Shown piece by piece: positions 1 through 9,527 of a DNA stretch of 64,000 nucleotides (positions within the stretch are counted from its first letter, which is position 1; each line of letters opens with the position of its first letter). The translations under genes were made by a program, and so were the position numbers. Below the pieces are notes generated by a model. It did no database searches, had not been told where the DNA came from, and saw only the letters and a program-made list of their open reading frames with translations. This DNA is from Candidatus Binatia bacterium (GTDB lineage Bacteria; Desulfobacterota; Binatia; HRBIN30): contig JAOAHD010000007.1 in NCBI GenBank assembly GCA_026415395.1, forward strand, positions 855,972 through 919,971. Direction: 5' to 3'.

Positions 1-959
1 GCCAGCGTAATGGTCATGGCCGCGGGCAGCCCCTCTGGTATCGCCGCGACCGCCAACGCAACCGCGGCGAGAAAGACGTCGCTCGCTGGCTGTCCGCGCG
101 AAAGACCGACGGCAAAGGTCACCGCGGCAAGGGCGAGGATGGCGACGGTGAGCACTCGGCTGAACCCGCGGATGCGGCGGATCAATGGCGTGTCGATCCC
201 TTCGGTTGCCGCGACAAGCTGATGAATCCGCCCGAGCTCGGTGGCTCCACCGGTAGCGACCACGATCCCGGTGCCCGTGCCCGCAGCCACTAGCGTGCCG
301 CAAAAAGCCATGTTGCCTCGATCTGCGAGTGGTGTTTCCGCATCCAGCACTGCGGCGTGTTTCAGCACCGGCATCGACTCCCCGGTGAGCAACGACTCGT
401 CGATGCGCAGCTCATGAGTAGAAATGAGCCGCAGGTCGGCAGGAACCTTGTCGCCAGGTGCTAACACCACCAAGTCGCCCGGTACCAAGAGCTCTGCCGG
501 AAGCTTGCGCTTGCGACCGTCGCGCACGACTGCAGCATTATTTTGTAGGTATTGCTGGAGTGCCTCGAGCGCGCGCTCAGCGCGGGTCTCCTGAACGAAT
601 CCCACAATTGCGTTCACCAGTACCACCCCAAAGATCACACTGGCATCGGTGAACTCCCCGAGAACAAGCGTGATTGTGCCCGCAACGAGCAACACGTAAA
701 TCAGCGGATTGTGCAACTGTAGGAGAAAGCGTTGCCATGGCTCGAGTTTGCGCGGCGGGGGCAGGACGTTGCGCCCAAAGCGCTTGAGCCGTTGCTCAGC
801 CTCTTCCTCGCTGAGGCCACGGTGCACGTCGGTGTCGAGCAGAATCAAAAGCTCGGCAATCGAAACTGCGTGTATGTGCTGCTGCTGCGGCTCGGGGCCC
901 GCCTGTCCGTTGGTCCTTGCGGGCGAGGGCGAGGCGTTTGCGAGTTCAGACGCTGTCAT
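1..959 (-). CDS. P-type cation-transporting ATPase, N-terminal part (~319 aa); 3' end of gene lies beyond position 1
   Basis: Reverse-strand translation from the ATG (rc of 957-959) gives MTASELANAS..., followed by TM helices and the P-type ATPase TM4 motif AIPEGLPA. A GGAG-like RBS precedes the start. The ORF is absent from the track because it has no stop inside the window. Confidence 0.8.
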   Translation of the reverse strand, partial: MTASELANASPSPARTNGQAGPEPQQQHIHAVSIAELLILLDTDVHRGLSEEEAEQRLKRFGRNVLPPPRKLEPWQRFLLQLHNPLIYVLLVAGTITLVLGEFTDASVIFGVVLVNAIVGFVQETRAERALEALQQYLQNNAAVVRDGRKRKLPAELLVPGDLVVLAPGDKVPADLRLISTHELRIDESLLTGESMPVLKHAAVLDAETPLADRGNMAFCGTLVAAGTGTGIVVATGGATELGRIHQLVAATEGIDTPLIRRIRGFSRVLTVAILALAAVTFAVGLSRGQPASDVFLAAVALAVAAIPEGLPAAMTITL

Positions 960-981
960 CGTGCACTCCCAGCCTTCGTTG

Positions 982-1989
982 CTAGAGGTACCGGAGGGCA
1001 TGTCCCACCGGCGCCAAGAACGCGTAGGTATGGCGCGCCGCTCGCGCCCATGGCGCGAGCGCGCGCCAGGAGTACGTGTAAGGCACTTCCTTGGGCCCGA
1101 AGGTACGTTTGAAACGCGCCACCCCAGCAATGCCTGCACCGACCATATCGTAGATGCGGATCCCGTGCTCGGCCGCCCACTGAATAACCTCCCAGTGCAA
1201 GAGGTTGTTGGGCCGCAGCGCCTGGACTTCTACGGCGCTCGCACCATCCAGGTAGTAGATCGTGTGCTGGTCGAAGGGGAAGATGCCCCCGGCGAGGAGC
1301 TTCCCCTGGTGTCGCGCAACGAAAACTTTGGCAAGCTTCCCGCTCCGCAACACGGGAGTCACGACCGGTTAATTCCAGACTAAGCGGCGGCCGGGGGGCA
1401 TGCTCTGCCAACACTTCCCGGGCCATCTTGAAGTAGGTTTCGGCAAGCTCGCCCAAATCCGCTTCCTCCACTGTAACTCCGCTGTTTTGTGCCCTACGAA
1501 TCGCACGGCGACAAGCGGATTCGAGCGATTGCGTCCACAAGGCGTCCGGCCCGCTGCTGAGACCTACGAGAAACGTGCTGCGTGCCTCGAACAAAAACCC
1601 GCGCTGCTGCGGCTCTTCCACGGGCGGCGGTCCTTGGACACGAAATTCTGCATAAGCATCACCTTGGCGTTTGGCTTCCCTGGCGGCGGCGTCCAAAACT
1701 GCGGCCACGAGTTCGGGAGCCACCACCGGACCGAGGTAAGGCGCTGCCGCCTGCGGGGGGAGGAGAAGCCGTGAGTTGCACCGGGCCGCAGCAAGAGAAA
1801 AGTAGAGGCATCAGCACGAACCGTGCGGCCGGCATCGCGAACCTCATATAGGCGCAACTCGCTTTGACTAAAGCGAGTTGCGAGCGCCATCCGACCCCAC
1901 CGATCAAACACCGTGGCGCTACGAAGTTCAGAGAAAACTTCCTCCCACTGCGATTCAATCGTGCAGCGCACCGGTGTGAGAGCAGGCAT
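982..1989 (-). pseudogene. FemAB-family (aminoacyl-tRNA-dependent peptidyl/aminoacyl transferase, GNAT-like fold) gene interrupted by two 1-bp frameshifts
   Basis: Three consecutive minus-strand ORF pieces carry FemAB-like segments. The N-terminal piece reads MPALTPVRCTIESQWEEVF...LYEVRDAG...FLLLRPG, the middle piece reads AIRRAQNSGVTVEEADLGELAETYFKMAREV, and the C-terminal piece reads LAGGIFPFDQHTIYYLDGAS...FKRTFG. Adding one G to the G6 run at 1755-1760 fuses pieces 1 and 2. Removing one base near 1363-1368 fuses pieces 2 and 3. The result is one ~336-aa ORF. Confidence 0.55.
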
Positions 1990-2241
1990 GTTGGACGCTC
2001 TTAACGAGAAGCAAAAACTCCGGCCAGGGCGCACCCGGCATGGCTGAGGCCGTTGTGTGAGGGTAGGTGGCGACGATGTCTTCGGGAGCACCCAGATCCG
2101 CAAGCGCTGAGGCACGAGGGGCGCGGAGCGGATGTGGCCTGTGGACCGCCCACCAATCGCTGCGTGCTTAGAGGCGGTCGCGTGGGCGCCGTGGCCGGCG
2201 CCTTGTCGGCTCGTGCAACCGTGGCCAGGGCGCTCCCCAAA

Positions 2242-3510
2242 TCACGTTGCCGCAGGCGGAGGTAGTCGTGCGGGGAATGTAATTGAGAAACGGCTGCCGC
2301 GCCCGAGAACGGAGTGCACCGTTGCTTCTCCGCCATGTGCTTGCGCCACACGTTGCACGACGAACAAACCCAGTCCGGAGCGTTTGTCCATCGCTTGCGG
2401 CAGTTCCCCGCTGAAGAACGGCTCGAAGATGTGTGCAATCAGCTCTGGTCGAATGCCATCCCCGTTATCTTCCACCCACCAGGTGACCACGAGACCGTCT
2501 TGCCGGCAGCCGATTTCGATTTTCCCTCCGCGACCCACATGCCGCAGCGCGTTGCCGACGAGGTTGTTCAGGGCGCGCTGCAGGAGCCGCTCGTCAGCAA
2601 AGCACGAGGCGGGAGCTCCGGAGATGTCGGTTGCGATCGTAACTCCGATGTCTGCGGCTGTTCCCTCGTACCAGTTCTTCACCCGGTCGACGAGACGCGC
2701 GGGAGAGAAGACTTCCGCGCGGACGACCAGCGGCCGTACGTCCGCACTGGTGGCGTCGATCATGTTGGATAGCAGGTCCTCTGTTTCCGCCGCGATGAAC
2801 GCCACCCGGCGCGCACGCTCGGCGCTGGCTGCATCGCCCTCCTCGGCGATCATCTGGGCATAGCCGGAGATGGCAAAGAGGGCATTTTTCAGATCGTGCG
2901 AGAGTGTGCGTACGGCTTCACCTCGAGCTTCCTGCGCGAACTTTTGCGATTTCGCAATGAGATTGACCACATACGCGACGAGCCAACCGTGAACGGCGAG
3001 ATACACACTGACCATGAGCGCGGTGGCCGCTTGCCGATCCGGAGGCCTTCGGTAGGCGACGTGGTGGGGAACCCAATCGAAGTATTCCGCCGCAATCATC
3101 GCGCAATAGAGAACAATGGCCGCTCCAGTCAGTGCCACTCCGGCCTGCTCGGAGACGAGCAACCCGCCCAATAAAATGACGACGCCGTATAAAATCGGAC
3201 CGCTCGTTTGATCGGCCCCGCCGCCAAAGTGGATCGCGATCGTAAGCGCCACCAGGTCGCAAAGCAGGGCGAAAAATACCCAAGGTTTGCTTGGATCTTC
3301 TCGCCGCAGCGCGATCAGCAGCGCTGGGATCATGGCAATGGCCACCACCTGGCTAATTTCCCACGCTAGCGTGCTCGGCGAAACGTAAAGGCGGAGAACC
3401 CAGATGAAACCCACAATTGCCGCGAGACACGCTGACTTGACGCGGAAAACCGTGCGCACTTGCGGCAAAAGATTGAATTCCCCGCCAGGCATCGACCCGA
3501 ACGGCGACAT
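2242..3510 (-). CDS. membrane-bound sensor histidine kinase (HisKA + HATPase_c); no cognate response regulator adjacent
   Basis: It has 5-6 N-terminal TM helices followed by the H-box LSHDLKNALFAISGYAQMI, the N-box LLQRALNNLVGNALRH, and the G-boxes DNGDGI and GLGLFVVQRV. The start is ambiguous: in-frame Met/GTG candidates lie at 3579, 3510 and 3492. Confidence 0.85.
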   Translation of the reverse strand: MSPFGSMPGGEFNLLPQVRTVFRVKSACLAAIVGFIWVLRLYVSPSTLAWEISQVVAIAMIPALLIALRREDPSKPWVFFALLCDLVALTIAIHFGGGADQTSGPILYGVVILLGGLLVSEQAGVALTGAAIVLYCAMIAAEYFDWVPHHVAYRRPPDRQAATALMVSVYLAVHGWLVAYVVNLIAKSQKFAQEARGEAVRTLSHDLKNALFAISGYAQMIAEEGDAASAERARRVAFIAAETEDLLSNMIDATSADVRPLVVRAEVFSPARLVDRVKNWYEGTAADIGVTIATDISGAPASCFADERLLQRALNNLVGNALRHVGRGGKIEIGCRQDGLVVTWWVEDNGDGIRPELIAHIFEPFFSGELPQAMDKRSGLGLFVVQRVAQAHGGEATVHSVLGRGSRFSITFPARLPPPAAT

Positions 3511-3915
3511 CGTTTCCCGACCGCAGGAGGTTTTGCAAGCAAAAAGACATTTGTGGGATTGCTCCACACGCCCGCACATGCCGGTTGGCCGGCTGCGGAC
3601 TCACCGGAAGCACGCCACGAGGGATCTAACGGATCCGGCAGTGGCGTGTTCCATGCAGCGCCCGCCGGCACGGGCCGCGAGACCGTCCTCGAAGGATGGC
3701 AGGGTGGCGCACGACTTTGCCAACCAGGTGGAGTTTTTGTCCCGCCTATGTCGCCGGGGCGCATGAGAGCAGCACAAGGGGCAGGAGCCGGGTTACTCGC
3801 TGCAAGGTCACCAAATGCGGTAGCTGACGGCAGGAACCTGGACTGCTGGCACGACGGCGGAACGAACGGTACACCGTGACGGGTACTTTTGGGATCGTCG
3901 ACTCAGGAGGGAACG

Positions 3916-4707
3916 ATGAAGCGGTTCGAAGGTCGCGTGGCGTTCATTTCCGGCGGAGGGAGTGGCATCGGCCTCGCGTGTGCACGTGCGGTGGTAGATG
4001 GCGGCGGCAAAGTGATGTTGGCTGGCAGGCGTGAGGATGTTCTTCGCCGGGCGGCGGAAAGTCTCGGCGAGGCGGCGCGTTGGGTGCGCTGCGACGTGAC
4101 GAATCTGGAGGAAGTGGAGCAAGCGATAGCGAGCACGGAACGAGAACTCGGGCCGCTTTCTTTGGCCGTGAACTCTGCGGGCTCAGCGACCATTGGCTCT
4201 GTGCTCAATGCCCGGCCGGAGGAATTTTTCGATACGCTCAACACCAACCTCCTCGGAGTGTACCGCTGCATGCGCTATCAAGCGCGAGCGATGAAAGCCA
4301 ACGGGGGCGGCAGCATCGTGAACATCAGCTCGATTGCCAGTGTGCTGACCCACCGCGGCATGACCGCGTATTGCGTGTCCAAGGCTGGCTTGAACATGCT
4401 GACACGCTGCGCTGCCGACGACCTGGGCGAATACAACATCCGCGTCAATGCTGTAGTGCCGAGCTTGGTCGATACCGAGCTTGCAGCCCCGTTGGTTCAG
4501 CTTGCCGAAGCCCGCGAAGACTACTTGCGCTGTATGCCCATCGCCCGCATCGGCAAGCCGGAAGACGTTGCTCATTTGGTGGCGTTTCTGCTGAGCGACG
4601 AAGCAAGTTGGATCACGGGGCAGTGCATTCCGGTAGACGGCGGCCACACATTGCGCCGCGGCCCGAACTTGGTCGACTTCTTCCGCCCGCTGCTCCCCCC
4701 GGAATGA
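3916..4707 (+). CDS. SDR-family short-chain dehydrogenase/reductase
   Basis: MKRFEGRVAFISGGGSGIG carries the Rossmann TGxxxGxG motif, and the catalytic YxxxK is present as YCVSK. An AGGAGG RBS lies 6 nt upstream of the ATG at 3916. The track ORF begins 27 nt earlier at 3889. Confidence 0.9.
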   Translation: MKRFEGRVAFISGGGSGIGLACARAVVDGGGKVMLAGRREDVLRRAAESLGEAARWVRCDVTNLEEVEQAIASTERELGPLSLAVNSAGSATIGSVLNARPEEFFDTLNTNLLGVYRCMRYQARAMKANGGGSIVNISSIASVLTHRGMTAYCVSKAGLNMLTRCAADDLGEYNIRVNAVVPSLVDTELAAPLVQLAEAREDYLRCMPIARIGKPEDVAHLVAFLLSDEASWITGQCIPVDGGHTLRRGPNLVDFFRPLLPPE

Positions 4708-4754
4708 CGACGTGCTCGAAGATGCGCCGCTGGCCGTGGACGTTTGTGGATATA

Positions 4755-4772
4755 CCCAAGGCCAGCCTTGGG
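4755..4772. terminator. GC-rich hairpin between convergent SDR and bcp genes (candidate bidirectional terminator)
   Basis: The sequence cccaagg-ccag-ccttggg forms a perfect 7-bp stem with a 4-nt loop in the 134-bp gap between two convergent genes. No T-run follows, which is usual at high GC. Confidence 0.3.
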
Positions 4773-4841
4773 CGGACTCTGCTCGCTGCCAGGGAGAAAC
4801 GTAACCGAGCAGCGGAGCAAGTGCGGGTGCCGGCTGCTGAG

Positions 4842-5321
4842 TTACGATTGTGTTCGCGCCGCTTTGATCGCGGCCAATACCTGCTCCGGATGCTTTTCGG
4901 CGTTGGCGACTTTGGCCCAATGTTTCTTCACCTTCCCGTCTGGACCAATCCAAACGGTAGAGCGAATCACGCCCACGGTTTTCTTGCCGTACATGGTCTT
5001 CTCCCCGTAGGCACCGTATTTCTTCATCACTTTGTGGTCCGGGTCGCTGAGCAAGGGGAACGGTAGCTTGTACTTGGCGATGAATTTCTGGTGCGACTCT
5101 GCATCGTCGGCCGACACGCCAACAACGACGACCCCGAGCTTTTGCAACTCCTTCCACGCATCACGAAAGCCGCATGCCTCCTTGGTGCACCCAGGGGTGT
5201 CGTCCTTCGGATAAAAGTACAAAATAAGGTCTGTGCCCGCGAAATCCTTGAGGGAAACCCTTTTGCCTTGCGCATCGGTGAGCTCGAAATCGGGCGCTGC
5301 TTTGCCCTCCGCAATCGCCAT
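4842..5321 (-). CDS. bcp: thiol peroxidase / peroxiredoxin Bcp (bacterioferritin comigratory protein family)
   Basis: The protein is 159 aa and contains AAPDFELTDAQGKRVSLKDF and the peroxidatic Cys motif FYPKDDTPGCTKEAC. Confidence 0.9.
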   Translation of the reverse strand: MAIAEGKAAPDFELTDAQGKRVSLKDFAGTDLILYFYPKDDTPGCTKEACGFRDAWKELQKLGVVVVGVSADDAESHQKFIAKYKLPFPLLSDPDHKVMKKYGAYGEKTMYGKKTVGVIRSTVWIGPDGKVKKHWAKVANAEKHPEQVLAAIKAARTQS

Positions 5322-5369
5322 GCGTTGTCCTCCTTTTCTTCCCCGTTGCTGCCAAACTTTCCTGCCGAA

Positions 5370-6575
5370 TCAAGGGTACAACAGAAACTCGCGTCGCTCC
5401 TCAAGCCAACTCGCTTCTTCTGCTTGCGCGAGAGCGTCTAGATCGCCGGGTTCTGCGTTCGTGTCCTCCACCCAAGTTCGGAGCTCCTCGCCGCCGTTGA
5501 TGAGATCGATGGCGAGACGCTCGAACTCGTACTCATAAGGGAAATGCCGCCACAACGGCTGGTCAGGATGTACCCGGCGGACGGCCTTGAGGAACAACGC
5601 GACGAGGCGCCACGGGCGGAACTGCGTCGGGTCGTACACCGCAGGTTCGACGTGGATTTGGATTCCTGCGCAAAGCTTGCCCGCGTGTTTATGAAAGGTG
5701 GGTTCGAACCAGCACGATCGTAGGCGGCAGCCAGTGAGCCAAGTTGGTGCGAGTGCGAGCATTTCCGCGAGCACTTTTGCAGTATCGAGTCCAGGAGCAC
5801 CCACGAGCTCGAGCGGGCGGGTGGTGCCACGGCCTTCGGAGAAGTGTGTGCCTTCGAGCATAACGGTTCCAGGGTAACAGCGGGCCATCCACAGGTTGGG
5901 GGCATTCGGACTCGGGTTCACCCAGCAGCGTTCCTCGAGCGGCCAGCCGTACCCGGGAGAGGCATACGGTTGCCAGCCCTGCAGTGGCACAATCTCGTAA
6001 GCCACATCGAGACGCCCGCGTACGCAGAAATAGCGCCCGAGTTCGCCCAACGTGAGGCCATGACGGAGAGGAAAATCGCCCGCAGCAACAAAACTCTCCC
6101 ATCCCGGCCGCCGTCTGAGTCCCTCGACCCAGCGCCCGATCGGGTTGGGCCGGTCGAGTACCCAGACCTCCGTGCCCCTGTGCGCCGCCTCTTCAAGTAG
6201 GTAGCGGAAGGTGGTGATAAATGTGTATACGCGGCAACCAAGGTCCTGCAGATCGACGAGCACGACGTCACAATGCTCGAGCATTTGCCTCGTGGGGCGG
6301 CGGTGCTGGCCATAGAGGCTGAATACCGGAATGCCGTGCAGCGGATCGGTGAAATCTTCCGACTCCACCATGTTGTCTTGCTTCTCACCGCGCAGCCCAT
6401 GCTGCGGGCCGAAGGCCGCGGTGAGTTTGGCCCCAGGAATTTGTGCCACGGCATCCAGTGTGTGCACCAGTTCGTGCGTTACTGAAGCTGGATGCGCGAG
6501 CACCCCCACGCGCCGCCCGTGGAGACGACGCTGCCAGTCGGAGCTAGCGAGCAGGTGGTCGATGCCGAACTTCAT
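5370..6575 (-). CDS. DUF1343-family protein (exo-beta-N-acetylmuramidase NamZ-like)
   Basis: The protein is 401 aa and carries family-typical blocks: FGPQHGLRGE, VFSLYG, DVVLVDLQDLGCRVYTF and VLDRPNPIG. Confidence 0.75.
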   Translation of the reverse strand: MKFGIDHLLASSDWQRRLHGRRVGVLAHPASVTHELVHTLDAVAQIPGAKLTAAFGPQHGLRGEKQDNMVESEDFTDPLHGIPVFSLYGQHRRPTRQMLEHCDVVLVDLQDLGCRVYTFITTFRYLLEEAAHRGTEVWVLDRPNPIGRWVEGLRRRPGWESFVAAGDFPLRHGLTLGELGRYFCVRGRLDVAYEIVPLQGWQPYASPGYGWPLEERCWVNPSPNAPNLWMARCYPGTVMLEGTHFSEGRGTTRPLELVGAPGLDTAKVLAEMLALAPTWLTGCRLRSCWFEPTFHKHAGKLCAGIQIHVEPAVYDPTQFRPWRLVALFLKAVRRVHPDQPLWRHFPYEYEFERLAIDLINGGEELRTWVEDTNAEPGDLDALAQAEEASWLEERREFLLYP

Positions 6576-6634
6576 GCGCGTGCCAGATTGTCCCGCCGGC
6601 AGTGCGACAAGATGGTGGATTCATCTCCAACCCC

Positions 6635-7820
6635 TTAGCGTTGCCATTGCAGCAACCAGTCGAGCACCGCTTCGGCGCGGGCGCGGCTGTTGATTTGGCA
6701 GTGGATGGCTTCGCCAGTTTCCCAGACGAATTGCCGGTTGCTCGGCTGCCGCTGCGCAAGCGCCTGCGCCAAGGCTCGGGTGATGCCTGCTGTAACCAAA
6801 GGGTCGCGAGTCGAGTAAGCTAAATAAATCGGTGTGTCGATGCCACGCGCGAGCAGTTGCGTTCCCAGGCTTTGCGCGGCTGCATTTTCCCACGTTCCGT
6901 AATGGGCGAGATAAAACGCGTCGAGAACATCCGTGTAGCCGGGGATGCCTTGCAATAAACCGAACAGGCCCGGCGGATCTTCTTTGAATCCGAGAAGGTA
7001 GTCTGCAGGGCTGTCCACAGCCGCTGCGGCTACCCCATGTGGATTGGCAAGCAAGAGCTGGGCGGTGCGCTGGCCGCCGCCGCTGCAGCCGAAGGAGTAC
7101 TCTCGACTCCCGTCGTGTGGAAAGCGCTGCCGGTACCAGTCCCACACGAAATCGTCCATGCTGCGCCCATATCGCGGGGCCTTGATGTAGTAATCAATGA
7201 CCTCCCCGCGGTGATGACCGCCATCGCCCCAGCAGTTTCCTGGCACCACGATGCCCCACCCTCGCTCCAAGGCAGCGGCCGCAATGGGGCCGCTCGACTC
7301 ACCGCGCAACCCGCGCACCGCACCGCCGCGACTTAAAATCTCGATAAAGCCGACAAAGCTGGGTAGGTCTTGCAAGAGTTGCAGCGCGGTCCGCGGAGCG
7401 GCGTGGACAAACAAAGAGGCGAGTGCCTCGATAAAGTCCAAGCCGTTGCCGTGAAACAGCATGAGCACTGGTGCACCAGGGTTTTGCGGCGGCACAGCCA
7501 AGAACACAGCGGGCGGGCCGGGCGACTCGGTGGCTTCGGGAATGTGCAAGTAGTCAGTGGTGTCCGTGCGCACACAAGGGAAGGCCGGCACTTCATAGAT
7601 TTCGGCGGTGAACTCGCGACCAGCCGAAAGCGCAAAATTGTCGACTTCGCCGCCAGCGCGGGCAATGCGCCAGGTCCAAATGCGACGTGCTTGTGGGCCC
7701 GAGGATGCAGGAGAAGCGCTCTCCCCATCATCGCCGCAGCCGGCGACCAAAACGCAAAGAGCCGCAAACAGTGCTACGGAGCGCGGCCACTCGCGCCAAC
7801 CTTTCCTCGCTCTCTTTGCC
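6635..7820 (-). CDS. secreted lipoprotein alpha/beta-hydrolase (esterase / PHB-depolymerase-like)
   Basis: The start at the ATG rc of 7818-7820 gives MAKRARKGWREWPRSVALFAALCVLVAGCGDD, a lipobox signal ending LVAGC. Downstream are the nucleophile elbow FGCSGGG and LMLFHGNG. The upstream extension in the track ORF (to 8080) is non-coding-looking. Confidence 0.7.
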
Positions 7821-7991
7821 ATGGGTGGGGCGCTTTTTCCCATCATTGTCGGCGTTCGACAAGGTGGGGAGGCAGGAAGGCGCATGCTCAGCCCGTCTGT
7901 GCCGTGGGCCAGTGGGCGAACGGAAAATTGCTTGCCGGACTGGTCAGACGCCGCCCGTCTGCATAGAAATGAGCAATTCGAAGGTTCGGAC

Positions 7992-9527
7992 ATGTGGGAG
8001 CGATGCTGGGCGCGAGCGGGGTGCGTTGTTGTGCCGGCCTGCAGCAGCCTCTTGCTGCTGGCGGTGGCCTTGGCAGGCACTGCGCGGGCGCACTTTCATT
8101 TTGAATCGGTGGCAGAACGCGCGCAGAAGCTGGCCGGGCAGGCCTACCAACCGCAAGAAACGGTTCCGGAATGGCTCACGCGCATCAGTTACGACCAGTG
8201 GCGTGACATCCGCTTCCGCCGCGATCGAGCGCTCTGGCACGATGCGGGATTGCCCTTTCAGATCCAATTTTTTCACCCCGGCTATTACTATCGGCAAACG
8301 GTGGCCATTCACGTGGTTGATGAAGCGGGTGTGCACACCGTTGCCTTCTCCCCGAGCGACTTTGACTATGGGCGGAACGATTTCGCCAGCCGCGTGCCCC
8401 ACAACCTCGGGTTTGCTGGTTTTCGCGTCCACGCGCCCATTAAACGGAAGGACTACTACGATGAGGTCATTGTATTTCTCGGGGCAAGCTACTTCCGCGC
8501 CGTAGGCCGCGAGCAAGTGTTCGGTCTCTCGGCGCGTGGCCTGGCCATCGATACGGGGTTGCCGAGTGGTGAGGAATTTCCGTCGTTTCGCGAGTTCTGG
8601 CTAGTGCGTCCTCAGCCGTGGTCGACTGAGCTCATCGTGTACGCCATCCTCGATAGCCCAAGCGCCACCGGGGCTTACCGCTTTGTTGTACGCCCGGGCG
8701 AGCAAACCCGCGTCGATGTGGAAGCGCGTTTGTACTTTCGCCGTGAAGTCCAGCAGTTAGGGATCGCGCCCCTGACCAGTATGTTCTTCCACGGCGAGAA
8801 CAGTCCGCGCCCGGTTGAGGACTTTCGCCCCGAGGTGCACGATTCCGACGGCTTGCTGCTGCACTTCCGTAATGGGGAATGGCTTTGGCGGCCGCTGATG
8901 AATCCACGCTCCTTGCTGATCAGCAGCTTCCGCATGCAGAGCCCACGAGGGTTCGGGTTGTTGCAGCGAGATCGCAACTTCGACCATTATCAGGACCTCG
9001 AGACGCGGCGCGATTTGCGCCCGAGCGCGTGGGTGGAGCCGCTGGATGACTGGGGCGCCGGACGGGTCATGCTGGTGGAGATTCCCACCAAGTCGGACAC
9101 CAACGACAACATCGTCGCCTTTTGGGTCCCAGAAGCCAAGGTCAAGCCCGATACGCCCTTCAAGGCGCGCTATCGCTTGTATTGGTACGGGGAGGATCCC
9201 AACCGCCCACCTGGCGGTAGAGTGGTGGCTACGCGTCGAGACCGCGGCAATCGCGAGGATGTGTATCGTCTGGTTGTGGACTTCGCGGGTGGTGAACTCG
9301 AGTCGATCCCGGCACAGACGGTCTTACATGGGGCAGTGACAATTGCCTCCGGTGCCGAGTCCGCCGAGCTGCTTGACCAGCAGGTGGTAAAGAACGAGGT
9401 TACCGGAGGCTGGCGTCTGGCCTTCCAAATCCGCCCGCGGCGTAGCGAACCAATCGAATTGCGCGCGTATCTGGTGTTGGGAGAGCGGGTGTTGACCGAA
9501 ACTTGGTCGTATCTCTTGGTGCCATGA
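7992..9527 (+). CDS. opgG: glucans biosynthesis protein G (periplasmic OPG biosynthesis, MdoG/OpgG family)
   Basis: The signal peptide MWERCWARAGCVVVPACSSLLLLAVALAGTARA is followed by OpgG-typical blocks: FQIQFFHPGYYY, DEVIVFLGASYFRAVG and FREFWLVRP. It overlaps opgH in an ATGA arrangement. Confidence 0.85.
   Translation: MWERCWARAGCVVVPACSSLLLLAVALAGTARAHFHFESVAERAQKLAGQAYQPQETVPEWLTRISYDQWRDIRFRRDRALWHDAGLPFQIQFFHPGYYYRQTVAIHVVDEAGVHTVAFSPSDFDYGRNDFASRVPHNLGFAGFRVHAPIKRKDYYDEVIVFLGASYFRAVGREQVFGLSARGLAIDTGLPSGEEFPSFREFWLVRPQPWSTELIVYAILDSPSATGAYRFVVRPGEQTRVDVEARLYFRREVQQLGIAPLTSMFFHGENSPRPVEDFRPEVHDSDGLLLHFRNGEWLWRPLMNPRSLLISSFRMQSPRGFGLLQRDRNFDHYQDLETRRDLRPSAWVEPLDDWGAGRVMLVEIPTKSDTNDNIVAFWVPEAKVKPDTPFKARYRLYWYGEDPNRPPGGRVVATRRDRGNREDVYRLVVDFAGGELESIPAQTVLHGAVTIASGAESAELLDQQVVKNEVTGGWRLAFQIRPRRSEPIELRAYLVLGERVLTETWSYLLVP

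Noticed and set aside
709-1383. Plus-strand ORFs of 224 and 126 aa (709-1383, 732-1112) inside the P-type ATPase / FemAB region
   Set aside because: They are Arg/Cys/Pro-rich translations of the reverse strand of real genes (GC-rich shadow ORFs). No motifs or RBS.
4080-5157. Long overlapping ORFs 4080-5066 (+, 328 aa) and 4183-5157 (-, 324 aa)
   Set aside because: They are alternate-frame or antisense products overlapping the well-supported SDR and bcp genes. They have low-complexity Arg/Gly/Pro composition and no recognisable domains.
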